Positions 40,337 to 54,800 of a stretch of DNA of 64,000 nt are shown piece after piece. A program made the position numbers and the translations under genes. The stretch's first letter is position 1. The number at the start of each line of letters is the position of its first letter. The stretch is from Tubiluchus corallicola (lineage: Eukaryota; Animalia; Priapulida). The notes beneath the pieces were generated by a model. The model was not told the DNA's origin. It worked only from the letters and a program-made list of their open reading frames with translations, and made no database searches. The stretch lies in contig JAQGDQ010000223.1 in NCBI GenBank assembly GCA_030141605.1, forward strand, positions 62,001-126,000, read 5' to 3'.

Positions 40337-42440
40337 CTGAAAGAACACAACAAATTTAATACCACAAAGTTTTACTTTAGTTTTAGTTTATTTTTCCGAA
40401 ATGTCATGACACTAAGTACATTGTTACATACATGCATTACTATACGCACAAATATTACAACAAACAAAACAAAATTCAAAATTTTACAGTATACGGATAT
40501 CGACTCAGACAAAAAAGATAAACTTGTAGTAAAAGCTAAGCAAAAAGCACATTGGAAAGAAAATATGTGGAATGTGTGAAATTGAATAATAACGGAGAAT
40601 GAAATACTAGGGTGATACTAAGAGTAAGGAAATGACAAAGAAAAGCGAATGTGATGATGAAAATGAAGATTAGATTCACATGAGAATGTAAACAAGAAAC
40701 AGCTTAATCAGCCGAGTTCCTGCAAAAGCGGAAAAAGTTACTAATGGACAAAAGTCAAGGGCATTTTGACAAGAGCAGAAAATTTTGTATTAGGAATGTC
40801 TGATAACGCTTTACATAACGGTCGCAGGTACAAAAAGATATTTTTGTTAATAGCATTCGGAAGTGGAAAATTGGCTAAAATGAAGCGATTCTCGGGTTTA
40901 TTTATTTATTTATCTATTTCAGTTATTGACATTTTATACATATCGAACTACCGGCGGTACGTCGATGACATATGATAAAACTGCCCAGGTTGGTTGGGTA
41001 CCAGCAGATGCGGAGGCCAAGCAGTCTATAATTCTTCTGAAATCCATCCACGAAACAACAGAATGATGTGTGAGAAAAACGATACCTTTATTGGCAAATT
41101 ACATGAATTAGATTCAAAAACAATGATGAAATACAGTTTACACTATCGTGGATTACACTAACTGGTCCAGTAAGAAAGCAGAGACGACCGTTTTTATACA
41201 GGCCAAATGCATAACTTGGCTTCAACAAAAACTTACATTTAGCGTGAAACGGGTATTCAGTGCAATATATTAAAATAGTATAAAAGACAAAAATCGGCAG
41301 GCGCAAGCGCATTTACGTTGATCCTATAAAACATAAAATGATGCACAAAATAAAATCTGTAAAAACAATACCCTAAAATTGAATACCTCTCATTAAAAGG
41401 TCATTACCATCAGACGTTTCAAAATATATGCGTTTTATCGGGAATATGAAAATGTCGTTAATAGCAGTTTAGCATATTAGAAAATCGCGGTATAAAGAGC
41501 AAATAGGTTGTTCCGCAAAATTTTAATAAAATACTTCGGAACATATGGAAGTGGGTGTTTTTTTTTGTCTTCAACAAACACGTCTAATTTAACAAAACAG
41601 CATTGATCAGTGAAAGAGTTTTTACACATTTGGTTCTCTGCAAAAGGAATTATGGCGGGATCGAAATCTATGCCATTAAGTAATTTCAGTGTGTATGTGT
41701 CCCCAGGCGGCAGCAAGCTGCTAAAACTAGTCAGATGCGTCGACCATCTTAGCTTTGTTCACTCAGCCATTCTTTTAACGTCTATACAGAGTGTTTTGAC
41801 ACCCTTGAATTGTTCTGGATGACGTTATAACCCACTCTAGTTTGTGACTCTTTTAGAGGAATTTCCAAATTGATCTTTTACTTTTTAGATGATTAAAAAT
41901 TCAATCTCGTTACATTTTTATAACGACAGCGTAGAGCTCTTCTTTGAAGCCGTGTAAATGATTTTAGGCATGTGGTCATTACTATAAGTTTTTCTTTTTC
42001 TGCTAGACTCCCTGTGGCTGTCTACATAGGCCTTGCTTAAAGAAGCCAAGTAGTTTGTACCAGTTTGTAAGATTAATGTTATTTAAACGCTCCTCATCAT
42101 TGAAAGTGGATTGACCTAGTTGCACATTAAATTGGTCACGGGACAAACTGGGTCTTGCGGATAATAGTCGTTGGCTTATATATAATTTGGTGTAAGTCGA
42201 GCCATATAATAAAAGTTAAAGTTTGATGTAACGTCTTTTGTGCATCTATAATAAACTTGTATTGCCTTGCTACCAGAGCTCGCTGTAAATTTGTGCATAA
42301 CTTTTGCAATTACAATGTGGCAGCCCATAATATTTAATTTTCAAACCTATAGACAAATTTAACAATACTGCGATAAATATAATATCTCTATGATAAATAT
42401 ACATGTATATGTACGAAGTCAAATTTAAAAATTGGCAGTA

Positions 42441-42487
<47 letters not shown>

Positions 42488-42506
42488 GCAACAACAACAG
42501 CAACAA

Positions 42507-42577
<71 letters not shown>

Positions 42578-42597
42578 ACAGCAATAATAATAATAAT

Positions 42598-42686
<89 letters not shown>

Positions 42687-42718
42687 TAATGATGATGATG
42701 ATGATGATGACGATGATG
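42441..42718. repeat. Compound (CAA/CAG)n-(TAA)n-(GAT)n microsatellite
   Basis: Seen directly. It is the source of the poly-Leu ORF artefact. Confidence 0.97.
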
Positions 42719-44169
42719 GCGTCGGTATTTTTATTACTATATCAATATTACTTGAAATTTATTTCAGTAGCGTTTATAATAAAGCAAATACATTGTAAAA
42801 TAGGCACGGACATAAAAGGTGATTTATATGTATAAGGTGCATATGAAAATTATTTATAGCAATAATAATAAGAAGAAGAAGAAGAGGAGGAGGAAAAGGA
42901 GGAAGAGGAAGATGAAATTAAATTAAAAATATAAATTCCGTAGGTATATGAATATTAATGCGCGCGTGCTTTTATTATATCTGTCCGTTTTGGTATAACA
43001 ATATAGCGTGACGTTACGTTAGATTAAGGCCCATGACTCGACGAACCTCATCAAAGCTTGATTCAGGCTACTTCATATTTCACAAAGTTTAGAGTTTTAT
43101 TTAGATTTAGGTTATTTACACATAAGCTGTAACCTAGCTGTAACCTATGTAGCAGTGCGTGTATGTATTCTGTCCTTGCAAAATTTTTCCTGCAAAAATT
43201 GACGCAGAGGGGTGTTAAATTCAACAACATTAGTCACAAGCTGATAATTATCAGGCTACGTTCAGCTACTCTATGTGATTTAACATTTCGATCAAGGAGA
43301 CTTTGTCGTTTCATTAAGTGCACGATTCGATAGCCTGACCAGCAAATTAGAAAGGGGCTTGTATCGGATTATAGCTGAATTGTGCAGCTTTTAAGCGCCT
43401 GTGCTGCGTGCTGTTAAAGCCAAATGACCATCAGATGATCAGAGCATCAATGTGAGTGACCTTAACAGCATCATTTACACAAGCGTGATAGTGAATGAGC
43501 AAGAGAGGGAGAGGATTAGGGAGAAAATGGATGAGTAAAGGAGATGAGTGCGATGCTGAACGAGTTCACGGCTGATTAATTTTTTTAATTGACTGGACTG
43601 ATCGGCTGACCGACTAACTCACTGGCAAAATGAAGAATGAACGAATAAACGGAAAAATAAGAACCAAATAAGTTAATGAATGAACATTTAAAATGGCCGA
43701 TTAACCGCTGAACTGATGAATTATTCCTTGACTCACTTGGTGGTTGAGTAATCGAAGAGTGTTTGATTTTAACGAACTGTTGACAGAAATGACATTTAAT
43801 TTTAACAGAAGCAGAATGAATAGAAGGAAAGGGAAGGGAATGGGAGGGAAGGGAAGGGAAGTTAGGGAAGACCACGAACGAGTTTGCTGCATAGCATCAG
43901 GAGGTGGAAAGACAAGAGTTACCGGAGAACGCACAATATCAAAGGAAGTGCAAAAAACTGCTGCTGGATGCTAAACTTCTGTACAAGAGATTTATGATCT
44001 GAATTGACTAACCAACTGCGTGACTGAACAACTCTAAGTCCAGCTCGATTCACCAAGACTGAAAAATTGACTTCTTGATTTATTTTTTATTCTAGACAAA
44101 GGATGAATGATCGTTGCAATGAATAAAGTAGCGAACTTGAAAATAAATGGATAAAAGAATGTGAGAACA

Positions 44170-44345
44170 AATGAATGAATAAATGACTGACTGACTGACT
44201 GACTGACTGACTGACTGACTGAATGAATGAATGAATGAATGAAATGAATGAATGAATGAAGGAAGGAAGGAAGGAAGGAAGGAAGGAAGGAAGGAAGGAA
44301 GGAAGGAAGGAAGAAATGAAGGAAAGAAAGGAGGAAGGAAGGAAG
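44170..44345. repeat. Compound (GACT)n-(GAAT)n-(GAAG)n tetranucleotide repeat
   Basis: Seen directly in the sequence. Confidence 0.95.
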
Positions 44346-45981
44346 TGAATAAGTAAGTATTACCAATTTTTTCTTGTGCTTCGCTACGAATCATAATGTA
44401 ATTTTCGTTACAGAGCACAATTATTGCATTTCAACTTGGAACCAGAAAGTTCTGTCACAAAAATGACTGAGGTAAATAAGCTCTGAATAAACGCAAAATT
44501 ATTTATTTCGTCCAAAAGTTGGTCGTGCCCTTGGAGATGTCGACAAACAAGAGGTGATGCATCTAGTTTAACTCATGTTTGAAATCCGTCAGCCAATTTA
44601 ACACACGTGTTAGCAGCCGTGAAGCCAGAATGTTGATGAAAGACGGATTAACTACTGTGAAGAAAACGTTTATTTAGACTAGAATGATATATATTGTAAT
44701 TTAAAAAGATGTTAACGACGGCGATAACGGGTGAACAGGAAGTAAAAATTAGAGTTTAATTTGTTCAGCGCGCCCTAGTGGCAGTCTTATCATTATTAGT
44801 CCTGCTACTTAAAATTTCAAGCCCCAAGAAGGAATAGCGAGTGTCATATTTAATGTGAATGTGTGATCCGGCTGGAACAGGTGCATCATTAAACAACCCA
44901 TTATAAACATCGTTATACTTACCCATTCATGTAAGTAATGTTAAATTTTGCGTTATCGGCTTGACGATTACTACTTGCGTGGAAGTGTGCGTGTGCCTGT
45001 AGCTCTTTATTTAATAACAATGAGAGATAAATGTACATGTTTTCCCTTTAGTTTAGATAATATGTTGTTATTACACGAGTTAATTGCTTGTTGATATTGT
45101 GCATGATATGTGAGGACATGTGGGTATTTTTTCATGAGATAAGCATTAAAAAATGCATAAGTTGATAACGGGGCAATCTACAGTAGGTGTACTGAAATCT
45201 GGATCAGTCTTACGTTGCAACGAAAACCGAACGGTGTAATAAAAACTATATTCTATGTCCAGTTAAATCGTCAAAACTATTAATTGGTCGCCTCATAACA
45301 CATGTATTACCGCCTGTGCGCGATATTTATTATAACTGACGTATGGGTAATTAACAAGCTGTTGCACATACAGCACAAGCAATAATGTTCTACATCCATT
45401 AATGTCACTGCATATGTTCTATAATAAATTGTCACATAAGCTTTTGATGATGTCTATACTCTAGTCGTTAACAAAATGAAGCAAACCTACAATCACTAAA
45501 ATTTAACGTTGGCCTAAAACGTTACGTAAAATGAACTATAAGGAAAAAAATGTCCTGCTCCTGCTGTCACTTTCTGGTATCATTAGCACGTATTCTTCAC
45601 TGAAGTGACATGTAAAAGAACGATATTTTACGTACCTATCAGTCTATGTTATAATATATTTATTCATTAAATAGTCATCTATTTCTGCATAAAAACGAGA
45701 TATTACAGTAATAATTTAATAAAAAACGAATGCGTGCTATAACTATAATTCATGTTGGTCGAGAAAGGGTTACTAATTTAGAGATCATCAGGACAGGTCA
45801 AGATAGATTTCTTTTTATGTAAAAGCACAGTTAGACATACCACTTATTAATTATTATTATATCAAACAGCATACAACTGAATAACAACATTCAACCTTTG
45901 TCAAAACCGATTTATTAGAAACTGATCGAGTTGCAATATGAGACAGCTCTCTCAAAACTTGTCATCTTTAACATAAAAAAC

Positions 45982-46170
45982 GTAATGCCTTTTATAGTCT
46001 CATGATTATATATTTTTACCTCATAAGCTTTCACCCTAGCGGGCTTCATCAGCTGAAAAAGTTACGGATAACATGTTAAAACAGTATGTAAATGTTATCT
46101 TATTTATTGCTTTTTCAACTGATGAAGCCCGCTAGGGTAAAAGTTTCTGAAATAAAAATATATAATCATT
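45982..46170. mobile_element. Foldback element whose arms contain a Penelope-type minimal hammerhead-like motif
   Basis: ~80-bp inverted arms. The minus strand of the left arm reads TTTTCAG CTGATGA AGCCCGCTAGGGT GAAAGCTT. Confidence 0.6.
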
Positions 46171-46259
46171 GAGACTAAAAAAAGCATTACATTATAATCG
46201 TGTTGCAGTTTCGACCAATTTTGTGTTGTTCTTTTAATTTTAAATATTCGTACACTTAC

Positions 46260-46368
46260 GTTTTGTGGCTTTATCCATGAGAGAATGCAAATGCATACTA
46301 AACCGTCTACTCATTCTTCTCAGCGTAGAAGGCACCCCTATGTGCATGAAATCGCTAGAATAATGCAT
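46260..46368 (-). CDS. Candidate KChIP alternative first coding exon A (MHYSSDFMHIGVPSTLRRMSRRFSMHLHSLMDKATK)
   Basis: ATG with an upstream in-frame stop, 109 nt open, ending at a GTAAGT donor in phase 1, which matches the 40336 acceptor. Confidence 0.5.
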
Positions 46369-46969
46369 GATGATATCACTCTACCACCTGCTTTATAACA
46401 AAATTCTCTAAGGTAAAACTAATCTGATCTGAGTCGGGTTGGTTCTCTAAAGTGAACGCTGATCACGCGCGAGGTGGCTTCTCAGAATGAGAAGTGCATC
46501 ATGATGAGTGCATCAGTTCTTCATATCTGTGAAGAAAGTTATCGCGAATGACGAAACTAATCCGGCAAAAACATGTTTGAAAATTCGTCCTCGGTTGTAA
46601 ATAAAGATGAAAGACGTGCTATTTTACTGGTATATCGAATTGAATGATTGTTTCCGGCACTATTGAATTGCTTCCCGTCGGCTGGATCTGACGAAATCGA
46701 CGAAGTTTACAGTTCCTTCACGTCATGAGGATTTTCAATGATTATTATATCAGCCGCAGCGTCCGACATGCTAAAGCCCCATCAGGTTTACAAATCCACC
46801 TCAGCAGTCCTTAATCACGCATGCGCAGTATCACACTGCCTTGAAGGCCATGCCAAGTCTAATGGCATTCTACCGTGATAGATGCTTACTATTATTTCGA
46901 GGCACAGCTTACATGCCTTTATTAGCGACCTACTCATATTCATCAGTGAATTACATATTCTATGCAGAA

Positions 46970-47260
46970 CACATCAGCACTGTATAAAGTGGGTAATAAG
47001 GTGCACTGAGAAGGTTTCCCTTGGCACAGGGAAAAAGGGAAAAAGCAATACCCCTCAACTGGTCGGCAGGAGAATATTTTTGTATTTTTATGCAACATTA
47101 ATGTTGTTTGGGGTGCATCACATCAGTAGTGCATTAAATGGGTAGTAATGTTCATTGAGAAGGCTTCCTTTGGAACTGGTGAAAAAGGCAAAAAGCAATA
47201 CCCCGCAATTTTCCCGCATGAGAATACGTCTCTATGTTTATGCAACATTAATATGGTTTG
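46970..47260 (+). repeat. ~148-bp diverged tandem duplication
   Basis: cacatcag...gagaagg.t.c.ttgg..c.gg.gaaaaagg.aaaaagcaataccc...tatgcaacattaat occurs twice. Confidence 0.8.
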
Positions 47261-47605
47261 TGATGGCATGTGCCACAGAGGCCAAACCATAAAATTGCTC
47301 ATAGGATTTCAGAAATCGATTAGTAGATACAGATTAATTATATCTAATCTCGCAGAAATTAATTATTTTCCTTAAACGCGTAATTGGATCTCAATTCTTG
47401 CACATGAATGAACATGTGCAGACCGCTAATCGAAATTTCTCGCAGAACAAGAAAACGTCAACGAATTAGGTTAGCAAAATCGAATCACGTTAACACGTAA
47501 TGGTCAAACTTGTACTTTTCAAGCTGACGTCTTAGAGTTTACAATGCAACAACAAAAGAAAAATATGTCACCACTTAAGGCACCGCCACCGCCATTGTCA
47601 CCGTC

Positions 47606-47730
47606 TCATCGTCATCATCATCATCAACGACAACGACAACAGCAGCAACAACAACAACAAGAACAACAACAACAACAACAGCAACAACAGCAATAGCAGC
47701 GGCAGCAACAACAACAACAACAACCAACAG
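47606..47730. repeat. (CAT)/(CAA/CAG)n microsatellite
   Basis: Seen directly in the sequence. Confidence 0.9.
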
Positions 47731-47731
47731 A

Positions 47732-47860
47732 TTACACAAAAATACTAAAACAGTCCATAAAAAGAGTTAGAAGTGCTTTTACAAATTACACAATATTTGT
47801 GTAATCTGAGAAATCAGTTCTAGCTCTTTTTCGGGACTGTTTTTAGTATTTTTTGGGTAA
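47732..47860. mobile_element. Palindromic MITE-like foldback
   Basis: Arms ttacacaaaaatactaaaacagtcc..aaaagagttagaa and ttctagctctttt..ggactgtttttagtattttttgggtaa. Confidence 0.7.
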
Positions 47861-49024
47861 ACGTAAATTGGTTTTTACAGTGAGGTCACGAGTGCAGCGC
47901 CATAACTACACAATGTGTAGGCTGTAGCACCAATACTTAACCCGCACAAGCAGTTTAGCAAAATTTAATTCAACTCATTCTGGGACTTGATAGCTCGAAT
48001 ATGTGCCTTAATGCGGACGAGAGACAATGTACGTTTAAAGCAGCAAAAGTAATATATCACATTTTTAAAAGAATCCTTTCAACTAAGAAATGCCACCCTC
48101 ACAAATGCAATATTTAGCACAATGTTTATCTTACGACGCGGTGGTTCTCTGTAATCAAATTTACCTTGCTGATTACCTTACATTACCTTTATTAATTGAG
48201 AGGGTCAACACAACTGCGCTCATATCAAGTGATATATGCTACAACTGAGATTACTTGAGTAAACTCAGCCTCATGTAATCAACCAAGCTTATGTAAACTC
48301 GGTTTGATGTAATCAATTATTTAATGCTGACAATTTTATAAGCACAGATTAGGATATGGAGTGTTAGCTGAGGAAATGATACAAGGCAGCAGAAATCAAT
48401 TATTTTTATTTGGCGACGGCCAAACATGTCACATTTAGCAGAGTATACAACAGTCAAATTTTCAATTTTTAATTTTTCCCCATTACCTTAAAAATTTCAA
48501 ACATTGCCCATATTGTTTTTTACAAGTGTCATAGTACTATATTAATGCCTTTCATTTGGCTTTTTTCTTTTATGTCAAAAGTTTTTCACTTGAATTTCTT
48601 AAAGATGATCTAAGACAAGAAGGACTTTTATTCACACGCAAGTAAAACTAGTCTCAAAATATTATAAAAAAGAAATTATTAACATTATTTTATAGTTATT
48701 TTAACTTATGTTACTCTCGATAATCAATTTTGAGTAAACGTGTAAAGAATTTCGAAATACTACTACTATGTTTTCGAGCAAATTTGCATTTACAAAGAAA
48801 TTATTTTTAGTGTAGTACTTTGTATTGTATAGTTTTACAGACGGGCGAAGATGATCGGCAATATACGGCGAAATGTGCTGGGATGGATGCTTTGTGTGGA
48901 TGTTTTTAAATGAATTTGTTTATGTTTAAATGCCTGATCAATCATTTAGCATATTGACCTACAAAGATCAGCCCCAGCAGCAAGAGCAACAACAGAAACA
49001 AAAAAATAAGTGCATAGCACTTAC

Positions 49025-49088
49025 CAACCAGCCCAGTTTGGCGATGGCAGCAATCCTGCTGGAATAATGACAAGAAAAACGACGGCAT
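49025..49088 (-). CDS. Candidate KChIP alternative first coding exon B (MPSFFLSLFQQDCCHRQTGLV)
   Basis: ATG, 64 nt, strong TTG|GTAAGT donor in phase 1. Splicing gives ...[10 protein letters not shown]. Confidence 0.5.
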
Positions 49089-49992
49089 TTATTTTTCTGT
49101 CGCGTAAGCAGAAAGAATTTGAACGAAGTGGAAAACTATTATCGCCGTACAAAGAGTCCCCAAAGTCTGGCAATTTTTCGTAAGCGTGATCGAGACATAA
49201 ATTCAAGTACGTGACAACAGCACACAAAACATGTCATAAATGCTCCGTTGTGGAAAACAAATGCAGATGAAAATTTCATTGGAACCCCTTTAAAAGGTTT
49301 TGGTAAACTTTCTATAAATATTTTGATTCATACAATTCAGGGTAATTTAATCATAATTTATCATTTTGCAATAAACATTTATAGCTGAATTTAGAGCACA
49401 TTAGATTTTCGCCCGTGCGGCTAATATAGCAGCGGCTCTTTTCGTGAAGATAGGGAAAGAGAAAATAACATAAAGGAGAAAATGATTCACAAATTTTCCT
49501 TTGGCAAAAAAGCGTACTGTTACTGTTATTTCATATTACAGTTATTTATAAAATTTTTTTCGTTAATTTAATCAGAAACCAATTGTTTAGTTAGTCAGAC
49601 AGTCAGTGGATCAGGCAGTTCTGCTGCTGTCCGTCCGTTTATCTGTTCTTGTGCTTTCTGTCGATTGGTCGGTTGGCTTGTCGGTCAATCAGCCATTGAA
49701 CCGCCTGATTAATGATTCTATTGCAGAATTGATAACTCATAACCATTCAAACCTAAATAATTATGCTGAGACATAAACACAAAAAAGACCAATAAACTTT
49801 TATATGTTTAGTTTCGTCGCCATTGACGAGAGATTGCGATCAAGAATAAAACTGCTTAGCCTCAATTTTATTGTCGTTTATTTTAGAACGTTTGCAATAA
49901 TTGAAATAAGGTTACTAACAGCAAAAATTACATTGTTTTATTGAAAGCAGAAGCGTGTTTTAATTTGTCCAATGCTACTTTAAAATTATAAG

Positions 49993-50329
49993 CAGGGCCG
50001 CATTATAACCTTTTGGGTACCCAAGCTAATGAAATTAGGGGACCGTCTAACTCGCGTTGAATATTTTTTACTCGTGATATATTTTAGCGACATTTACATA
50101 CCTTGAACTAAACTTATTGCAAATTCTTTAAATAAACTAGAATGTCTATCTTTTGTTTGTCCATAAAAATACTCTTTAGGAAATGCCACTATTTTACTAT
50201 TCATTGCAAACCAGATTATCATTTCAACGCAACCGAAGTGAAAAAAAACAGATTTTTTTGCTAAAGATTATGAAAGCTTGAGGTCCCTAAGCTGCAGCCT
50301 ATACTAGCCTATAGGATAACGCAGCCCTG
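49993..50329. mobile_element. hAT-type MITE
   Basis: TIR cagggccgcattat / ataacgcagccctg. 8-bp TSD attataag/atgataag. Confidence 0.85.
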
Positions 50330-51501
50330 ATGATAAGCAATAATACCTTCATATTTTTCGTAGTAATTAGTACACAACTTACGTTTGTTAGATTGAGGAA
50401 GTTTTCTCGCTTGGTAGATCATACGAATTTGAGCGTACATTTCCCACTTTTGAATGAAAACACTATACAGCCTTAAGAACAAAAGCCAGACGACGCTTAA
50501 AACAAAAGAATTTTTAAAGAACTTCGTCACAGCGAGTCATGTCATTCAAAGCCTAGACGCTGGAAAGGTCTTTTCTGCTTGTGTTCAAGAGTCTCAATGT
50601 CTTCTGCATCCACTTATGCTTAACACGTTGTGAACATTGGGCATACTGACGCTTTTAAGAACATGACACGTTTTAGGAGTAAACCTTTATATCCATAGAG
50701 CTTATGACACCTTGCGATCCATTAGGAATGTCCCTGAAGACCAGCAGTAAATTTCACACAAATAAAAGCAAAAATGAAAAGATGGTTGACAAAATGCGTT
50801 TTTCTATCAACTCATAGTATATAGGCTTGGTTGAAAGACACCTAAAAGGTGCAAGAATACCTTGAATGGCCTTTTATAAAGGCACGAACAGTTTTATTTG
50901 AATTTTCAACAGAATTTAACAGTTTTTTAATAATGCTAGAAAAGAAAAGAAACTTGCATACTTGTAAAAACCAAAGCAAAACTACTGTAGTCAGTTATCG
51001 TGTATTTGTTTTGCATTAAATAATTTACTTTCCGGCTATCAAATTATAACTGATAAGTGACCTGATAATTTGCAGGCATTTGGTTCGGGTGTAGCGACCC
51101 TGTTTATAAAGAAATATTGACCAGATTTGCAAAAAAAACCCGTAGTAGTCACTAACAGACCCATACAAAAAATCTTTCAGATGCTCGGATTCAGTAAATT
51201 TTAGTACTACATTTAATTATAGCCATACTGGTGTAGTTTCCTTCTGGCTCCTTCTAAAGTCACGTGACATAGGAGGCATGTTGACTTGAGCTGGCAATCT
51301 GACTGTGCAGGTTCAAATTCAAAACATGACGTCTCTTGATAAAACTCAATTCAGTAATAGGGTAATTAAGAAAGTTGATCAAATTTTCAATTATTTTGAT
51401 TTTAAAGTGCTTAAAAATTAACTAATTGTATGATTGATATTTAGTTAACTTTAAAAAACAGTTCATATGGTTGCGCTGAAGCTTTGCGCACTTCTTTTAT
51501 C

Positions 51502-51835
51502 ATTATAACCTAAGCTAATGAAACTATGTCCCCCTTTCAGATTGAGCCACCCTCTAACTCCCCACACGTCTTGAATAGTTTTTACTCCTAATATATTTTA
51601 GCGACATTTACATACTTTGAACTAAACTTATTGCAAATTCTTTAAATAAACTATAATAACTATCTTTTGTTTATTAAAGAAGAAATGCCAATACTTTACT
51701 ATTTATTGCAAACAAAATCAGCACACATTTCAACACAACCATAGTGAAAAAAACAGATTTTTTACTAAATGTTACCAAAAGTCTGAGAGGCCATAGGCGG
51801 CAGCCCATATTACCCTATAAGATAATCCGACCCTG
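51502..51835. mobile_element. Second, left-truncated copy of the 49993-50329 MITE
   Basis: Shares the internal ttttagcgacatttacatac.ttgaactaaacttattgcaaattctttaaataaact and the right end ataatccgaccctg. Confidence 0.8.
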
Positions 51836-54800
51836 ATTATAACAGTTCATGTTCATTTCATTCAAAATATGCTTTCCAGATAGCTCTGCACACTGCAAAC
51901 TAGAATACAGTATTCAACGTCTACTGACGTAATAGTTGTAACAGCTATAACAGTTATGATCATTATAAATTATATAAATTATAACACTTAGTCAAGAAAC
52001 TGAATCGGCTGAGGTGTTCTAGCTACGTAATGTACTTCCCATGAAAAGGGTATACCTAGCACGTAACTCAGCATGTCGTATATTAAGGACAGCAATTTCC
52101 ACTGATGCCTAATGTTAATCACTTTGCGACGTTTGCATTAATAACTATTCTCCAGTGGGTTGATCATTCATCACATCTGCTACTCATGCGGTTAGCTTAC
52201 CCATATCATACACATTAGAAGGCTCTGAACTGCTGAATAATTTGCTAAACTTCCATAAATTAAAACGCTCTTAAAAGACTGATTAATTTGGATTAAGTCG
52301 AATATACGCAATATGTACAAACTTAACATAATTTGTTTTGGAAAGAATTGCTATTTAAATGAAAGTTACAAAAAGAGAAGTTGGTCAGAATCTTAATCTC
52401 AAGATTTCTCAAGTTAATAGTGATACCCGTTATTCCTTGTATATATACATACATCCACGCATTTCCAGACTTGGCTTGCTAAGTTACTACCAAAGCTATT
52501 GGTGAACGGCATTATTAGCTATAAAGAAATCGACTTCACAATTTAGGCACTTAACAAGTTATATTATGCACAATGTGGTTATCTAAATAAGGATGATCAA
52601 AATCTGATAGTTCATATTCACACTTAATTACGTCTCTAACTCAGCTATTAGTAAGTGAGCCAAGCAATTCCTTCTTCTGTAAAACTTGATTTGGAACAAA
52701 GGTAAAACTATGTTAAACTAAGTTTTTGTAGATATTATCACAGCAGCGACAAAAACAGCTATTTTAATCCAGAATTTCTTCGAGACTTAGTCCTACGGAA
52801 CCACAAATAACTTAATGAAATATATTAGATAGTGTAATAATTATTATGCAATCATTTTTTTAATTTAGGAAATCAAGATTTGCAAGTGAGTTTAGAGTGA
52901 ACTTCATTGCAATGGCTACTGCCCAGACTAAAAATAAAAACTGCGAAGTTATTACCTTTCGGTGTATAAAACAGCATGTGCCTGAAGGCAGGTACAATGG
53001 ACTTGACTCTCTGCCGAAACATTGCGCCTCTCGCAGCGCTTGTGATGTTCTCAAAGTGCATTCGTCTCTGTGGTAAACTTGTAGTCTTTGAAAATTCCTG
53101 CTATTTTGCTGCTAGGAAAATGCGCCGATACGATGCACAACGATTTAAAACATTACTGTAACAAGATTTACTGCTTAATCAAACTGATGGCAGAATTATC
53201 AGTGGCTCGCAGCGGCATTTTAAAAGCGTCACGCCGAGCTGTCAAGTCTGTCAAGACTGAAGAAGCTTGGTTTTGGTTTTGACGCCTGCATGTTTTGACC
53301 AATCTAATGGGCGCCAGTGCGTTATTAATGTTCGAACGAAAGATACTCGAAATTCAATAATAAGATGGGAAAGATACGCATGCAAACATAACTGCGTTTA
53401 TTGGTTCGATCGACTGCAGAGGCGTTAAAAGTAAATAAATAAAAAATGAATTGAATCAGAATTGCCTGCAGCTAAAAGTCTGGCTTCGATATGATTCAAT
53501 TGGCATGAATGTGGAACGTTGACATCAGAAAATCTCCCTTGAGGAAGAGGGTTTATTTGACTTTCTTTACTAGTTCATGTCATGTTTGCCTAGATGTAGG
53601 CTGGGTGAAGGGAATACAGGCCAAAATGAATTAAAATTACTACCAATTGTAAGAAGAAGTAAAAAAATAGACAGCCGAGAGGTGGCACTTTTCTGACTGC
53701 AGCATCATTTTCTGAAGCGCAGAACTGTCTGTAAAAAGAGACAAAACAAGCCACTTGCACATACATTGAAACCTCACTGCCTCACTGCCATACGAAAATT
53801 TCAAAATACATTTAGGCAATTTGTAATGTAGTCGACAATATCCCAGTTAATTCCTTTTGTTAAAACCAGTAATGACCTATGAAAAGTAGTCCAAGATCAA
53901 ATAATCATAGCTAAAACACATTGGAATAAATGAGCCTGAGAATAAAATGATTAAAAAGATGCGTTTATAATGCTACCTTAAATTGGTCAGTAACTTTAAA
54001 ATCTTTGTTCTTAAAGAATGCGCAGGCCTGGATTGGCCATTCACCTCCATGTGTCCAGGGAGGCACGAACAGTTTGAGATATGGGATCTCTTGATCGTTT
54101 TCACCTCCTTTTGCACAGGTTTTACAAACTTTCTAAACGTTTTACCATTTAATAGCATACTCCTGCTATATGACAGGAACTTAATGTGTTTGCTTCTTCG
54201 GCTAGAAATTCTAAAATGATTTATATCATCTTAAGCGTAAAAGTTCTATTCAAGTCTATGAATAACTGCAGACGGAGTGTAAAATAAGACAAGCTGCCGT
54301 TTTGTTTTTGTACATCTAAAACACGGTAGCATACGATTTTTATTCTGAAAAGGATTAAATCAGACAATAAACAGACGCTAGTTTCTTCGCTCCCGTGTTT
54401 TATTTTTGTGAAACAACTCGCGTCTATAAATCGTCTAATAATCCAATAATACGTAAATATAAAAAATATAATTATACTGTATCATATGAGGTAGTATATA
54501 GGGAGGAGAGTTGCTATACATATTTTGTAAATATCAGGTATCGGCGCGAAAGGTCTGACCCCCCGAAAGCCGAAAGTGTTGCACCTCAAGGGCTTTCTTC
54601 TCCCTCAGGGTTGTAGTCCGCCCCTGAGAATACTCAAGTGTTGTGACGTTGAAAACGCTTCACATTCTTGTTTTGTCATACCATTTTGACAAAGTCAATT
54701 TCCTACTATGAATCATTTTTCTACTTTGTCCATCATTTGTCTATCAGTCGTCCATTCGTTTGCCTGATTAACTAAAAAGCCAGTCGGTTAGTGCGGGGGT

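Noticed and set aside
53973-54158. Possible retroelement RNase H remnant (CLPGHMEVNGQ resembles WxPGHxxxxGN)
   Set aside because: A single weak motif with no supporting flanks.
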